A stretch of DNA of 64,000 bases from Chloroflexota bacterium. GTDB taxonomy: Bacteria > Chloroflexota > UBA11872 > VXNJ01. The notes under the pieces are model-generated. The model worked only from the letters and a program-made list of their open reading frames with translations. It did no database searches and was not told the origin of the DNA. Below are positions 10,076 through 18,611 of the stretch, piece after piece; positions within the stretch are counted from its first letter, which is position 1; each line of letters begins with the position of its first letter. A program made the position numbers and the translations under genes. The stretch is taken from assembly GCA_965261345.1 (NCBI GenBank), contig OZ253449.1:1120001-1184000 (forward strand), written 5' to 3'.

Positions 10076-12622
10076 CTATTGCGACCTGGATCCGCTGATG
10101 ATCTCGGTGCGCCCGCCCCGGCTTCGATCGGCGACCAATTGGATGCCGTCATCGATCCTCTCCTTGACTGCCGGCACATGCGAGACAACCACCACCAGCC
10201 GGTCTTCGGTCTCGGATGCCAGCTGCTCGATTCCGGCCATCGCAGTATCGAGGTGCTCCTCATCCAGGCTGCCAAATCCCTCGTCGAGGAAAAAGCTGCC
10301 CAGCCGCCCGCCCTGGCCGGCCACCAGGTCAGATAGCGCCAACGCCAAGCCCAGCGAGGCCAGAAAGGTCTCGCCGCCCGAGAGCGTCTCGCAGTTGCGG
10401 GTGCGAAGCTCGGGGTCGCCGGCAAAGTGATCGACGACCGCAAATTGCCCGTCGCCCGAGAATTCATAGCGGTCGCCGGTCAGCTGCCGGATTCGTGCGC
10501 TGCCCAATCTGGCCAGCTGCCCGCGCTTGCCGTCAAGCAGGTACTTTAAAAATCTTCTATCACGCAGGTGCTCGACCAGGTTCTGGCAATCGAGGCGCCG
10601 CCGCGCCAGCTTGGCCGCAACCGGTTCCAGCCCGGGAATCTGCCCGTGCAGCTCGCGCTGCGAGCGCAACTGTTCAGCCAGCCGCGCGGCCTCGGCATGG
10701 GCCGCGACCGCCGCGCCCGCCGGATCGGCGTCGGCGCTAAGCCCGGCCTCAGCGCACCGTCGCGCGCGCTCGCGGACAAGCGAGATCCGTCTTTGGGAAA
10801 GTTCCTGCAAACGTTCCTCGGCCCGCTTGAGTTTTTCACTAACCGCCCGCCAGAGTCCCTTGGTCAGGGGGAGCAGATCGCGATCCGATTGCGATCGGCG
10901 CAATAGATCAAGCTCGTCGAGGCGGCCGCCGCAGCTGGCCAGATCGCGCTCCGCCGCAGCCGTCGCCGCCCGCTGCGTATCGGCCGCGCGGGCAACCAGG
11001 GCCGCCTTTTCCTGGGCCGCCGCCAAGGCGCGCCGCGCCAAATCCAGTTTGACCGAGAGATCAGTTATCCATTTTTGGCGCTCGGCCAGGCGCGCTTTGG
11101 GGTCGCCCGCTCCGAGCCGCTCGTTGGCCCGGGATCCGGCTCGGCGCATCGCCTGCGCGCTCTTGCGCATCTGCGCGATCAATTCGGCGTCGGTTTCCCG
11201 CGCCGCTGCCAACTCGAAACCAGCCTGCTCGATTCGAGCGCTCAACACCGCAAGTTCCTGACGGCCCGCCGACAGCCCCGCGGCGGCGGCCTCGGCATCC
11301 CGTTGGAAGGCCCCCAGCGCGGCACGGGCCGATTCCAGATCCCCGCTGACGTGTTCACGCGCAAGCTCGCCTACGCGGTTGCCGCAGATCGGACACTGGT
11401 CGCCGGCGACCAGTCCGCTGGCCAGCGTGCCGGCCAGGTCCTTCCGCTCCAGTTGGGCCAGTTCGGCGGCAGCGTCGGTCGCCCGTCGCGCCGCGGTCGC
11501 TGCCGCGGCGGTCAGCAAGGTAACCGCCTCGCTTGCTTCCGCCTCCCGGGCCCGCAGGCCCCCAACCCGCAACTCGAGCGCTGGCAATTGGCGCATGTGT
11601 CGGGCTTGGGCTTGGATGTCGCCTTCAGATTTCGTGGTGGCCCGGATAAATTGTTCCACCAGCGCCCCGGCTTGATCGAGACCTTCCCGCCCGCCCAGCC
11701 GGGCAAGTTCCTGCGCAAGCATTTGTTCCACTCTGGCAACCTGAGCATGAGCATGGCCGACCCGCGCCTCGGCCGACGATGAGCGCTCGCGCTGGCTCTG
11801 AACGGCCCGAGTCAGATCGGCGATTCGGCCGGGCTCGGGCAGATCGCCGGCTACCGACTGCAGTGTCGACACGCTCCGGTCAAGTTCGCTGATCGCTCGC
11901 TCGTGGGCAAAATCGTCCTTGTCGATTCGCGCGATTTCGGCCTGCAACCGGTCCAAATCACGCGCTCGTGATTGGGCCAGCTTCAACCTCGGCAGCAGTG
12001 CGGCGGCGTTCTCGCCGGCCGCCCTGGCAACCGCCAACCGGGTCTCGACTCCTTGTGCGTCGGCATCAAGCACGGTCAAACGCTCTTGCGCCAATTGGCG
12101 CATTCGTCCAACCCGTTCCAGTCCGAACACGCCCTTGAGGACACCGTCGCGGTCGCCGGGCGAGGCCTTCAGGAAATTGGCGAACTGGCCCTGGGGTAGC
12201 AGGATCGACCGGGAAAACGCCGCAAAGTCCATCCCCAGGATCTCTTCGACCTTGCGGGTTACCGGCTGGGATTTGGATATGACCCCCAGCATGTCCTTCT
12301 CCCCGTTGGGACTTGACGGGAACAGCGAATGCAGGCCCTGGCCCCGGCGCCTGATTACCCGCTCAACCTGCCAATGGGCCTGCCCGACGGCAAAGTGCAA
12401 CTGGACCGCCGCCTCCGACTCGCCCTGGTTAATCAGCGAATGCAGGTTGCGCCCGATCTGCGGGGTCTTGCCGTAGAGCGCATAGGCGATCGCGTCTAGG
12501 ATCGAGGACTTGCCGCTGCCGATTGGGCCGCTGATCGCCACCAGTTTGCGACCGCGCCAGTCGATCGTATGCTCGCCGACGTAGGAGCGGAAATTTTTCA
12601 GCGTCAGGCTAATCGGGCGCAT
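10076..12622 (-). CDS. sbcC: SbcC/Rad50 SMC-family ATPase
   Basis: MRPISLTLKNFRSY start, Walker A GPIGSGKSS, Q-loop LPQGQF, coiled coil with CPICG zinc hook, LSGGE, FFLDEGFGSLD, VVSH. Confidence 0.93.
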   Translation of the reverse strand: MRPISLTLKNFRSYVGEHTIDWRGRKLVAISGPIGSGKSSILDAIAYALYGKTPQIGRNLHSLINQGESEAAVQLHFAVGQAHWQVERVIRRRGQGLHSLFPSSPNGEKDMLGVISKSQPVTRKVEEILGMDFAAFSRSILLPQGQFANFLKASPGDRDGVLKGVFGLERVGRMRQLAQERLTVLDADAQGVETRLAVARAAGENAAALLPRLKLAQSRARDLDRLQAEIARIDKDDFAHERAISELDRSVSTLQSVAGDLPEPGRIADLTRAVQSQRERSSSAEARVGHAHAQVARVEQMLAQELARLGGREGLDQAGALVEQFIRATTKSEGDIQAQARHMRQLPALELRVGGLRAREAEASEAVTLLTAAAATAARRATDAAAELAQLERKDLAGTLASGLVAGDQCPICGNRVGELAREHVSGDLESARAALGAFQRDAEAAAAGLSAGRQELAVLSARIEQAGFELAAARETDAELIAQMRKSAQAMRRAGSRANERLGAGDPKARLAERQKWITDLSVKLDLARRALAAAQEKAALVARAADTQRAATAAAERDLASCGGRLDELDLLRRSQSDRDLLPLTKGLWRAVSEKLKRAEERLQELSQRRISLVRERARRCAEAGLSADADPAGAAVAAHAEAARLAEQLRSQRELHGQIPGLEPVAAKLARRRLDCQNLVEHLRDRRFLKYLLDGKRGQLARLGSARIRQLTGDRYEFSGDGQFAVVDHFAGDPELRTRNCETLSGGETFLASLGLALALSDLVAGQGGRLGSFFLDEGFGSLDEEHLDTAMAGIEQLASETEDRLVVVVSHVPAVKERIDDGIQLVADRSRGGRTEIISGSRSQ

Positions 12623-13787
12623 TGATCGCCGCAGCGTATATGGAGTGGAATTCGGCCAGCAGGTGCTCAGGGGCAGCCTTGCCGGTCGCTTGAGCGAAAT
12701 AGCTGCTGAAAAGGTCGTTCCAATCATCCTCGAGCCGCAACTCGGATCCCTCGGATTCGGGCGCGGTCGATTCCTCTCGGGCACGCACCAAGAACGGGAA
12801 GATCTCGGCCGCGCGCTGGAATACGGCCGGACCCGATTCGTCGCTTGAAACCGTCAGCGCCACGTAGTCGTCGCCTACTTCCGCCTGGCGGGAACGGATC
12901 CGTTCCCAGGTCCCGCTTATCTGGCGTAGGCGCTTGAACCCCGGCGTTGCCAGATCGATCGGCTCAATCCGGGCCGATCGGTCCGGTTCGGCTTCAACGA
13001 TTACCACCTGCTTCCGGTCTTCGCTTTCGCCGAAATCGAGCGCCAGCGGCGAGCCCGAATAACGGGTTGGGGCGGCGGCGAGCACCGGCTGTCCGGCGTG
13101 GATGTGGCCGAGCGCGTTGTACTGCGAGGTGGTTGGCATCTGCTGGGCGTCCAACACGTAGGCGTTGCCGATGGTCAGTGCCCGTTCGCCGCGCTGGGCA
13201 CCCGAAGGGTTGCGGATCGAGAGCACCGCCCCGTCGGTGGCCAGGTGGGCAACCAGCAACCGCACGCAGTCCGGATGGTTGGCCAGCTCGGTATCGAATG
13301 CGGCCAGGATCCTTCCCACTTTCTGCTGGTAACTGCGGTATCGTTGCGAGCTGTCGCTGGCAAAATCCACCACCACGTTCTCGCGCACGAAGGGGCAACA
13401 GGCGACCGCCGCGGGACCGGACCGGGTCGAAATTACTCGGACGCCGCCCTCCTCCGGCCGCTGCAATCGCCCGGCTAAGTGGACGCCGTGCAGTTCCGAG
13501 AAGCGGTGCAGGTTTTCAAAATAGTCGGGCGAATCATGATTCCCGGCGACCGCCACGACCTTGGCGCCGGTACCGGTAATTTCCTTTAGGGTGGCGGTCG
13601 CGGCCCGCAGCGCCCGATTGGAGGGCGAGGGCGAATCGAAGACGTCGCCGGCAATTAGCACCAGGTCGACCTGTCGTTCCCGGCAGATGCCGACCAATTC
13701 GTCGCTAAATCGGGAAAATTCGTCGAAGCGTTCAAAGCGGCCCAGTTTTTTGCCCAGGTGCCAGTCGGCGGTGTGCAGGATTACCAC
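12609..13787 (-). CDS. sbcD: SbcD/Mre11 nuclease
   Basis: HTADWH, AGDVFD, AGNHD, LGHIH, YSGSP phosphoesterase motifs; GTG start at 13787. Confidence 0.95.
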   Translation of the reverse strand: MVILHTADWHLGKKLGRFERFDEFSRFSDELVGICRERQVDLVLIAGDVFDSPSPSNRALRAATATLKEITGTGAKVVAVAGNHDSPDYFENLHRFSELHGVHLAGRLQRPEEGGVRVISTRSGPAAVACCPFVRENVVVDFASDSSQRYRSYQQKVGRILAAFDTELANHPDCVRLLVAHLATDGAVLSIRNPSGAQRGERALTIGNAYVLDAQQMPTTSQYNALGHIHAGQPVLAAAPTRYSGSPLALDFGESEDRKQVVIVEAEPDRSARIEPIDLATPGFKRLRQISGTWERIRSRQAEVGDDYVALTVSSDESGPAVFQRAAEIFPFLVRAREESTAPESEGSELRLEDDWNDLFSSYFAQATGKAAPEHLLAEFHSIYAAAINAPD

Positions 13788-13794
13788 GGTTTGC

Positions 13795-15531
13795 CTAGAC
13801 CAACCCGCCGAAAGCATCGTCCCCCGGGTCGGCGGCCACCTCGTCGGAGCGTGTCGCCCACGGCGTTCGGGGGAAACGCAGGGTCAGCGGCACCGGCACC
13901 GCCGGTTGGTAGAGCACCATCTGTCCGGGGCGCAGCAGCCGCACCCGTTCGCGCATCGTCGGCAGCATCCAACCGTATTGGTCGTGCATCACCTCGGCCG
14001 CGTCCATTCGCCCGACCACCTTGATCGCGGCGTTGTCGAGGACGCTGGGGTCGACCCGCGACGCGCTCTGCTGGGCGCCGACCAGCAGGACGCCCAGCGA
14101 CCGACCGCGCTGGGCGATATCGACCAGCATCTCCTTGATCGGCGAATTGCCCGAGCGCGGGGCGTACTTGTTAAGTTCGTCGAGCATCACGATTGCCAGC
14201 GGCAACCGCTGCCCGGTTTCCTCCTTTTCCTCGAAAGTCGCCTTCAGGATCGCCCCGACCACGAACCGTTGGGCATGCTCGTGCAGGTTGGCGATTGAAA
14301 CAACCGTGAGGTTGGCCGCTGACCGGTCAATCGGGCGGGCGGGCCCGCAGCGGACCAGTTGGCCGAGCCGGTTTCGAGCCGAGGCCGCCAGGAGGCGACG
14401 AATGAAGGCCGAGATTGTTCCCGACGCCACCCGCCCGGTCCAACCCTGGTCGGGTTCCCCGCCTTCTTCGGGTTCTAGCCGCGATTGGATCGCCGCCGCC
14501 AGGCTGGGCAGGTCAAAGATCCGCCGTCCGTCCAGGCTGAGTCCCCCTTGCTCTCCCTGCGGTTGGCATTCACGTTGCAGGCGCGCGCGCACCCGCTCTT
14601 CGATGAAGCTGATCTGCGAACGCTCATCGGCAGGGTCGGTGAAGACAAATCGGAGCAGGCCCTCTTTGACGAATTCGGCCGGAGTCCAGTAGAACGGGAC
14701 AACCCCGTCCTGGCGCGAAGCCACGTCCGGGATAACGGTGTCGGACGAAGAACGCCGGGGAGGGGCCCAGTAGGAAACGGTCGGGCCGGAAGCGGCCGGG
14801 GGACGCGAAGGACTGCCAGCCAGCGCGAACGGGGCGGGTTCTAAACCCAACTTCCGCCAGAGCGAGCGGTCGGCATCGGAAAACTCATTCGAGTGCTTAT
14901 CGAGCCAGAGAAGATCCTCGCCCTTTACGTTGAAGATGAGGATCCGGGTATTGGCGGCATGGACACCCAGCGGGGTGCCGCCACCGACCAGCATGCGCAG
15001 GAAAAACAGGGCGTAGGTGGTCTTGGTTGCCACACCGGAGATTCCCGAGATCGACATGTGGCCGCCGCTGTCGCCATCAAAAAACCGCACGTCAAGGTAG
15101 ACCGGCTCACCGCTGGCATCGACCCCCACCGGTAACGCCCGGTCGCCCATCGCGTCGCGGTAGATTGCCTGTTCGCGGCTCGCCCCGGAAACGCGGTGGA
15201 CGCCGGATCCGGGACCGGGCGCCACCCAGACCTCGGGGACCATCCGGGTCACGGCGACCTGGGCGGTCCGCACCAGCTGGGCCGGCGTCAGTCCCCCGTC
15301 GCTTATGCGGTGGGTGTCGGAATCGTACTGCGCCCCCTCCATGGTCGCGTGGTTTTCAATCACGATTCCGTAGGTCCTTAGCGGTTGCGCCAACCCGGGG
15401 ATCTGGCTGGTTACGCAGACCAGGTCATCGACCGCCAGGTGGGCATTCTCATCGAGAACCACTGCGAACTTGCCGCTGGCGGCCGGATCGGTGCCGCTTA
15501 CCAGACCTACCCGCTCGCCCAGATCACTCAT
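13795..15531 (-). CDS. herA: HerA-family DNA translocase/helicase ATPase
   Basis: N-terminal HAS-barrel-like region; variant Walker A HMSISGISGVATKT; FNVKGED; Walker B MLDELNKYAP; AQRGRSLGV-GAQQ. Confidence 0.88.
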   Translation of the reverse strand: MSDLGERVGLVSGTDPAASGKFAVVLDENAHLAVDDLVCVTSQIPGLAQPLRTYGIVIENHATMEGAQYDSDTHRISDGGLTPAQLVRTAQVAVTRMVPEVWVAPGPGSGVHRVSGASREQAIYRDAMGDRALPVGVDASGEPVYLDVRFFDGDSGGHMSISGISGVATKTTYALFFLRMLVGGGTPLGVHAANTRILIFNVKGEDLLWLDKHSNEFSDADRSLWRKLGLEPAPFALAGSPSRPPAASGPTVSYWAPPRRSSSDTVIPDVASRQDGVVPFYWTPAEFVKEGLLRFVFTDPADERSQISFIEERVRARLQRECQPQGEQGGLSLDGRRIFDLPSLAAAIQSRLEPEEGGEPDQGWTGRVASGTISAFIRRLLAASARNRLGQLVRCGPARPIDRSAANLTVVSIANLHEHAQRFVVGAILKATFEEKEETGQRLPLAIVMLDELNKYAPRSGNSPIKEMLVDIAQRGRSLGVLLVGAQQSASRVDPSVLDNAAIKVVGRMDAAEVMHDQYGWMLPTMRERVRLLRPGQMVLYQPAVPVPLTLRFPRTPWATRSDEVAADPGDDAFGGLV

Positions 15532-15576
15532 TGCGGCGGGAATTTAGCTCGGCCCGAGTTTGCAGGGTTGACGCGA

Positions 15577-16581
15577 TCATTCCGGTCGCCATTGCGCCGC
15601 GGCCGCATCGATCGCTCGCCGCATCAATCCGGGATCGCCAAGCTCCCGGCGCAGCCGCCGCTCCAGGGCGGCGATCGGGGCCAGGTTCTGCGGGGCGCGG
15701 CTTTCGCGCCAGGACGGAAGCACCGCCATCGGCAGAAGGCGGGCGGTCAGATCGGCCAACCCGGCCGCCTCCTGCCGGCCCGCGCCAACCAACACTTCGC
15801 AACGGGCAATCGTAGTCCAAGGCGGCGGGTCGGCGCGCCCACCGAGGCCAAGATACCAGCCATAACGCTTGAAATTTTCGCCCCAAGAAAATAGCGGGGT
15901 GCGCTGGCCGCGCCCAAGAAACCCGGCCAGGCGCAGCTGGTCGGGATCGTCTAGGTAGGCGCGGTGTTGCGATTTGATGTAGCCGATGACCTGCCCCCTG
16001 GAGGCCGACCGGCCTAGGGTTCCATCGGCGATAACCAGGTTGCCGGCGGCCGCTTCCTCCCCGGTTACGTACGCCTCGAGTTTGCGCATCTCGTCCATGA
16101 GCTCTTTGGCCAACTGCGGGAAGTCGGCCGCCTCGGTCCGAACACTTTCGAATTCAACTCCGCCAACGACTGGCAGATCAACTTTGATGCCGCCGCCAAA
16201 TAGGCAAAGGTGAACGGCTTCCAGGCGGCCGAATTCGGCTCGCCTGGGTTGCTCGCCGGCATGCCAGCGGCAGCTCCCGGCGGCAACCGAGGCGCAGACC
16301 CCGCGCCGCGGACCACCGTCCGGCCGCCAGTAAATTAACCGCCGGGCAAATCGCCGCACCCCGTCCACAAAACAGATCGTCCTGGCATCTCCGACCGGCG
16401 GGGGCTCAATTGCCCGCCAAGGCTGATCGGTCTCCACCCGCGTGTCAACCGCCTCCGGCGCGGGATATTCGTCCGGCGGGGAGGATTCGAGGTCGAACTG
16501 CGCGGTCGAATGCTCCCAGGTGTCCACGGACAACCTGGCTGCGGGGCGGGCGGCGGGCGGGCGGGCTGGGGTTGGAATCAC
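15577..16581 (-). CDS. nurA: NurA-family nuclease (RNase H fold)
   Basis: FVDGVRR, VIADG, GYIKS, RAPQNLAPIAALERRLRRELG; directly upstream of herA. Confidence 0.8.
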   Translation of the reverse strand: MIPTPARPPAARPAARLSVDTWEHSTAQFDLESSPPDEYPAPEAVDTRVETDQPWRAIEPPPVGDARTICFVDGVRRFARRLIYWRPDGGPRRGVCASVAAGSCRWHAGEQPRRAEFGRLEAVHLCLFGGGIKVDLPVVGGVEFESVRTEAADFPQLAKELMDEMRKLEAYVTGEEAAAGNLVIADGTLGRSASRGQVIGYIKSQHRAYLDDPDQLRLAGFLGRGQRTPLFSWGENFKRYGWYLGLGGRADPPPWTTIARCEVLVGAGRQEAAGLADLTARLLPMAVLPSWRESRAPQNLAPIAALERRLRRELGDPGLMRRAIDAAAAQWRPE

Positions 16582-16627
16582 TGACCGGGCGGGGAGAGAC
16601 TAAGGCGGTTTATTGTCGGCCCGGCGG

Positions 16628-17398
16628 TTAGCACATGTGGATTCCGCCGCAGATGTTGACCGACTGGCCGGTCATGTAATCAGCGTCCGGCGACGCCAGA
16701 AAGCTTACGAATTTGGCAACGTCCTGTGTTGTTTCAATCCGCCCCAGTGGTATACCGTCGATCGCCGCGGCCAACCCGGATCCGGGTTCGGAATCCATCA
16801 ATTTCGAGCGCACTTCGTCGATGTACACCCACATATCGGTGTCGACGATTCCTGGACAGTAGGCGTTGACCGTGATGTTGTCGGCGGCCAGCTCGAGGGC
16901 CAGGCACTGGGTAATGCCCACGACCGCAAATTTTGATGCACAGTAGATCGAATTGTTGGCGCTTCCGCGGTGCCCGCCGATGGAGCCGGCATTGATGATC
17001 TTGCCACCGCCCTGCTCCCGCATGGTGGCCACGACCGCCATGTTGCAGCGCCAGACTCCGACCGTGTTTACCGCCAGTATCTGTTCGAATTGTGCCGGGT
17101 TGAGATCCTCGGCCCGACCAGCGATGCAGATGCCGGCGTTGGCCACCTGCACGTCGATCCGCCCGAAGCGCTCGAGGATCGCCGCCACGTTGCCATCCAC
17201 CGAGGCCTGATCGGTAACATCGCCCCAAAGCGCCAGCGCCTCGGCCCCGTCGTTACCGATATCGGCGGCGACCTGCTGGGCGGCGTCCAGGTTCAAGTCG
17301 CTGAGCACGACCGAAAATCCATCGCTGGCCAGGCGCCGCGTGATCGCCTCTCCGATGCCGCGGCCGGCGCCGGTGATCCAAGCTACTTTTTGCGTCAT
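16628..17398 (-). CDS. SDR family oxidoreductase (acetoin/diacetyl reductase-like)
   Basis: TGAGRGIG, NAGI, YCASK, VNAYCPG, YMTGQ. Confidence 0.93.
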   Translation of the reverse strand: MTQKVAWITGAGRGIGEAITRRLASDGFSVVLSDLNLDAAQQVAADIGNDGAEALALWGDVTDQASVDGNVAAILERFGRIDVQVANAGICIAGRAEDLNPAQFEQILAVNTVGVWRCNMAVVATMREQGGGKIINAGSIGGHRGSANNSIYCASKFAVVGITQCLALELAADNITVNAYCPGIVDTDMWVYIDEVRSKLMDSEPGSGLAAAIDGIPLGRIETTQDVAKFVSFLASPDADYMTGQSVNICGGIHMC

Positions 17399-17743
17399 CA
17401 GTGCTTCCCTCTTGAGAATTGCGCCGTGCCCGCGGCCGGCGGACGGTCGTCAATTTTGCCTATGCCGCCATGGGCGGGCAATTGGCGCCAAGTACCAGGA
17501 TGGTGAGCTTGGACAGGAGGTCCTGGCGCAAATTACAACCAGCGATGGCCCAAAGATCCCACGCCGCGAACTTGACCGCGAAGCAATCACACACTAGCAG
17601 CGGAAAATGTCGGCCCGCAAAAGGGCAGCCGGCGCCGGCGCGTCCTGGCCAACGCGTATGTATGGCCGCGGGCTAGGCGCCGCAACCGGTGTCATCGGAC
17701 AACTTCCCATCGGGTCTTATTAACGAATACGGCCCGATCGTGC

Positions 17744-17772
17744 TTGACGCGTCAATCAAGCCGGCCCAGACT
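17744..17772 (+). promoter_or_regulatory. Putative sigma70 promoter (TTGACG-N17-CAGACT) with overlapping palindrome TTGACGCGTCAA
   Basis: -35 at 17744-17749, 17-nt spacer, -10 at 17767-17772; perfect 12-bp palindrome at 17744-17755. Confidence 0.5.
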
Positions 17773-17778
17773 CAAGGC

Positions 17779-18140
17779 CGGCGGCGGCAGAAAGCGCGGA
17801 TTGAACCGCGCCACCGCTGGAACAGAGTTGATGACGAACCGTCAGACAACTTGTACAAAAGGCGGAATGGGCCGGGCGCAGGTTGGTGCTGGTAGATCCC
17901 AAGGGCACCGCTGGAATGGAGCAACTGCAGCGTTAGGGTGCCCGAGAACCCGGATGCCAGGCGACAGCATTGCGCCTGCGGCCGGGAACTGGACCGCGAT
18001 CACTATGCGGCCTTTGGCATTCCGGGCAAGGCCTCCTACGGGTGAGGCCATCCTCGCGACCGTCCCGGAGGCGGCATTAACGTATGCCTCTGCGCCAAAG
18101 TGCGTTAGGTTTATAGTTCCCGAATAATTGTTCCGGCGCG
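17779..18140 (+). ncRNA. Candidate large structured non-coding RNA or leader, family unrecognised
   Basis: Closing helix 17815-17824/18129-18138; arms 17877-17882/17975-17980, 17885-17891/17965-17971, 17903-17909/17937-17943, 17983-17990/18115-18122, 18012-18018/18094-18100; cUACGg tetraloop hairpin 18030-18049; upstream promoter; no credible ORF. Confidence 0.5.
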
Positions 18141-18207
18141 TAGCTTGCAACTTGGGCAAGTTATCCAAAATCGGCCGGCCCCGACCATCAATTGAGGTTT
18201 ACCACCG

Positions 18208-18582
18208 GTGCACAAGTTCCTCCACACCCGGGTCCGCGTCGCTGACCTGGACCGTTCGATAAATTTCTACGCCGACCACCTGGGGTTCGTCGTTAAGTCA
18301 CGCAGCGCCCGCTCCCCGCACGGCAACCAGATCGTGCACATGGAGCTTCCCGGTAACGATCACACCCTGGAACTTACCTATTCACCCGATTACGAGTTGA
18401 CGGTTCCCGAGGACCTGATGCATTTTGCGGTTGGGGTCGATGACCTTACCGCCTTCTGCCAGGATCTTGAGAACAAGGGGATCGCGATCTGGCCAGACGA
18501 ATGGAAGACCGAATTCGCCAACCTGAAGATGGCCTTCATCGACGACCCCGATGGGTATGAGATAGAGCTTCTCGAGAACTAG
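18208..18582 (+). CDS. VOC family protein (glyoxalase I / lactoylglutathione lyase-like)
   Basis: HTRVRVADLDRSINFY...LELTY...HFAVGVDD...AFIDDPDGYEIEL. Confidence 0.92.
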   Translation: MHKFLHTRVRVADLDRSINFYADHLGFVVKSRSARSPHGNQIVHMELPGNDHTLELTYSPDYELTVPEDLMHFAVGVDDLTAFCQDLENKGIAIWPDEWKTEFANLKMAFIDDPDGYEIELLEN

Positions 18583-18611
18583 GCCGGGTTCTAAGTCCCT
18601 CCCGGCGGCGA

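Noticed and set aside
16540-16572. GGGC(GG) tandem run at the 5' end of nurA
   Set aside because: Short low-complexity GC tract encoding a Pro/Ala/Arg leader; no evidence of phase variation
17860-18125. Group I intron, RNase P, tmRNA or SRP identity for the structured element
   Set aside because: GGAACUG/UAGUUCC loosely resembles P7, but there is no P6, canonical P/Q/R/S sequence or host exon; also no GAGGAAAGUC, tRNA-like ends or SRP GGAAGCAGC
17842-18168. 108-aa minus-strand ORF (and + strand ORF 17744..18127) over the structured region
   Set aside because: No recognisable domain or RBS; typical chance ORFs in GC-rich DNA
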